Assembly: GCA_009886115.1 (NCBI GenBank)
Contig: VFJJ01000141.1
Coordinates: 1 to 37,180 of the forward strand
Direction of reading: 5' to 3'
Origin: Actinomycetota bacterium
GTDB taxonomy: Bacteria > Actinomycetota > Acidimicrobiia > IMCC26256 > VFJJ01
Length of the DNA: 37,180 nt
Shown here: in pieces, positions 35,287 to 37,180 of the stretch
Numbering within the stretch: position 1 is the first letter of the stretch
How the letters are laid out: each line of letters begins with the position of its first letter
Notes under the pieces: generated by a model
The model's input: only the letters and a program-made list of their open reading frames with translations
Database searches by the model: none
Told to the model about the DNA's origin: nothing
Made by a program: the position numbers and the translations under genes

Positions 35287-36060
35287 ATGACGGCCAGCGA
35301 CGGGGAGCTGTTCCGCTGGCGGGGCGAGACGGCCCGGCTCGGGGCCTGGCGGGCCGGCGATCGAACGGCGTACCTCGCACCGCTGGGCGTGGGTGCACCA
35401 CCGTCGCTCGCGTTCCTCGACGAATGCGCGCGGCGCCTCCGTGATCTCGGCTACCGCTCGGTGGTCACCAGCGCTGTGCTCGAGGACCAGGCGCCCATGT
35501 TCGAGGCTGCCGGATACGCCGTGCACCAGCACCTCCACTTCCTCGACCACGACCTGACGACGATTCCCGAGGTGACCGTCGCCGGAAGGCGGGGTCGCCC
35601 CGGTGACCGGGCCCAGGTGGCCGCGCTCGACCAGCGGTGCTTCGACGGCTTCTGGAGCCTCGATGTCGAGGGTCTGACCGAGATCATCGACGCAACGCCG
35701 GCGAGTCGCTTCCGCGTCGTCATGCGCGACGACCTCCCGATGGTCGGCTCCGCCCGAACGCCGGACGAATCTGCGGGCGAATCTGCGGACGGATCGGGCG
35801 TCCGGGCCCTGGGCTACGCGATCAGCGGGCGTTCCGAGGGGCGCGGCTACCTCCAACGTCTCGCCGTCGACAGCACGGTCGCGGGGCAGGGCGTCGGCCG
35901 GTCGCTCGTCGCCGATGCTCTCGGCTGGATGCGTCGACGCGGCGTCTCCCGGGCCTACGTGAACACCCAGGTGGGCAACGACGCGGCCCTGCGCCTGTAC
36001 CTCCAGTGCGGGTTCCGTGAGCTCCAGGTCGGCCTTCGGATCCTGGCCCGTTCACTGTGA
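35287..36060 (+). CDS. GNAT family N-acetyltransferase
   Basis: GYLQRLAVD...GQGVGRSLV (motif A), YVNTQVGNDAALRLY..CGF. Confidence 0.9.
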   Translation: MTASDGELFRWRGETARLGAWRAGDRTAYLAPLGVGAPPSLAFLDECARRLRDLGYRSVVTSAVLEDQAPMFEAAGYAVHQHLHFLDHDLTTIPEVTVAGRRGRPGDRAQVAALDQRCFDGFWSLDVEGLTEIIDATPASRFRVVMRDDLPMVGSARTPDESAGESADGSGVRALGYAISGRSEGRGYLQRLAVDSTVAGQGVGRSLVADALGWMRRRGVSRAYVNTQVGNDAALRLYLQCGFRELQVGLRILARSL

Positions 36061-37180
36061 GGCGCGCGCTGGCTGTGGTGGCGATGGTGGGCTCCTTCGT
36101 CGGAGGAACCGTCGCGTCCGACCTCACGATCCAGGCCCCGGCCCGCGCCCAGGCCCGGGAGACCTCGGTCGAGCTGATCGACCAGAGCCCGTTCGTCCAC
36201 GCCGGCGACTCCCTCGAGCTCCGCCTCGGTGTCGACGGCGTCGATCCGAGCTGGACCGTGCAACTCACCCCGCACTCCCCCGGGTCCACGACCGTCGTGG
36301 ATGCGCAGGGACGACAGGCAAGTCGGGTCACGCTCGACGAGCTCCTGGGCATCATGGCCGGGACCCGACCCCTGGGTGCGAGCAGAGGCGTGATGACGAT
36401 CCCCGTCGACGACATCCCCGTCGACGCGAGCGGTGCACTCACGATCTCCGTGCCCACCGTCGGCGGCCCCGGTGGTGGTGCTGGTGCGCTCGACGTCCCC
36501 GTGCCTCGGGACCGGGTCGGTGTCGTGTACCCGCTCGAGATCGGCCTCCTCGACCCGCTCGGGCGCTCGGTCGGGCGCTCGGTGGTCACGTTCGTCGTGA
36601 TGCTCAGTCGAGCCCGTCAGGTTCGAGAGGGCTGCGACCCTTCGGCCGGAGAAGCGGTGGCCTGCCGCCAGCTCTCGGTGGCGTGGTTGTGGCGCATGTC
36701 GACCGGCACCCCGGCGCATCGCCCGGACGGGACCCTCGACCCGGTCGTGCAGGCCGATCTGGTCGAGGGCGGCCGGCTGGCGTGCCTGGTCGAGCTCGCC
36801 GCGGCGGGCGACGTGCCCCTCACGTTGATCCCCGACCCCGAGCTGCTCGAACGATGGCAGACGGGCATCGTCGCTGAGCAGGACCCCGAGGCCTCGGCGC
36901 CCGCCCCGAACGCCGAGGAAACCATCACGACCACGACCACGACCACGACAACACCGACAACCACGACCGCGCCGACAACCACCAGCGTGCCACCGACCAC
37001 TGCCACCTCAGCCACTGCCACCTCAGCCACCTCAGGAGCTGCCACGGTGCCCGCCACAGGCCCGGCGTCGCTCCCCGTACCAGGGGCCACGACCACCGCC
37101 ACCGGCACCCTGCCAGGGGCCACGACCTCCTCCACCGGTGCCACGACCACCACGACCACCACGACCACCACGACCACAGC
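36057..37180 (+). CDS. Secreted DUF6049-like protein, partial (runs off window end; not in ORF track)
   Basis: GTGA overlap with the GNAT stop. Open frame MRRALAVVAMVGSFVGG...(signal peptide)...GVVYPLEIGL...VVTFVV...LSVAWLW...GGRL...VPLTLIPDPELLE, then a Thr-rich tract. Location downstream of the CCA enzyme fits. Confidence 0.7.
   Translation, partial: MRRALAVVAMVGSFVGGTVASDLTIQAPARAQARETSVELIDQSPFVHAGDSLELRLGVDGVDPSWTVQLTPHSPGSTTVVDAQGRQASRVTLDELLGIMAGTRPLGASRGVMTIPVDDIPVDASGALTISVPTVGGPGGGAGALDVPVPRDRVGVVYPLEIGLLDPLGRSVGRSVVTFVVMLSRARQVREGCDPSAGEAVACRQLSVAWLWRMSTGTPAHRPDGTLDPVVQADLVEGGRLACLVELAAAGDVPLTLIPDPELLERWQTGIVAEQDPEASAPAPNAEETITTTTTTTTTPTTTTAPTTTSVPPTTATSATATSATSGAATVPATGPASLPVPGATTTATGTLPGATTSSTGATTTTTTTTTTTT
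36920..37180 (+). repeat. Low-complexity Thr-codon (ACC/ACG) repeat tract
   Basis: ACCACG repeats encoding poly-Thr/Pro/Ala. Confidence 0.9.

Noticed and set aside
36617..37177. Minus-strand poly-Val ORF
   Set aside because: It is the reverse complement of the Thr-rich tract of the plus-strand gene.
1..37180. Prophage, transposase, integrase or anti-phage defence genes; tRNA/rRNA genes
   Set aside because: No ORF with recognisable motifs for these, and no cloverleaf or rRNA-like sequence seen.

Overview
High-GC actinobacterial chromosomal segment; gene content and style suggest Acidimicrobiia (inference). It contains the rpsF-ssb-rpsR-rplI-dnaB block, DUF5318, a CCA-adding enzyme and the start of a DUF6049-like gene, an arrangement that normally lies close to oriC in Actinobacteria. 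The rest is housekeeping and accessory metabolism: ada/alkA-ogt, otsA plus an otsB-GH15 fusion, SDRs, MFS, acyl-CoA dehydrogenase, nucS, a NirK-type copper nitrite reductase, LLM and OYE oxidoreductases, panB, and a divergent HDAC/GNAT pair. I found no CRISPR array, tRNA/rRNA gene or intact mobile element. The most interesting signals are regulatory. (1) An identical CTCAAG-N16-GCCGATAC sigma-28 (WhiG/FliA-type) promoter precedes both an orphan PilT-like ATPase lacking its His-box histidines and an NlpC/P60 hydrolase 19 kb away; a weaker match precedes a PAS plus degenerate-GGDEF protein with an intact RxxD site. (2) Tandem DosR/DevR-like boxes lie upstream of nirK. (3) A perfect LexA box and a DnaA-box cluster lie upstream of dnaB. 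There is also a back-to-back junction of two 5'-truncated genes, a frameshifted methyltransferase remnant, and many short tandem repeats. All family assignments come from motif recognition by eye; no searches were run.
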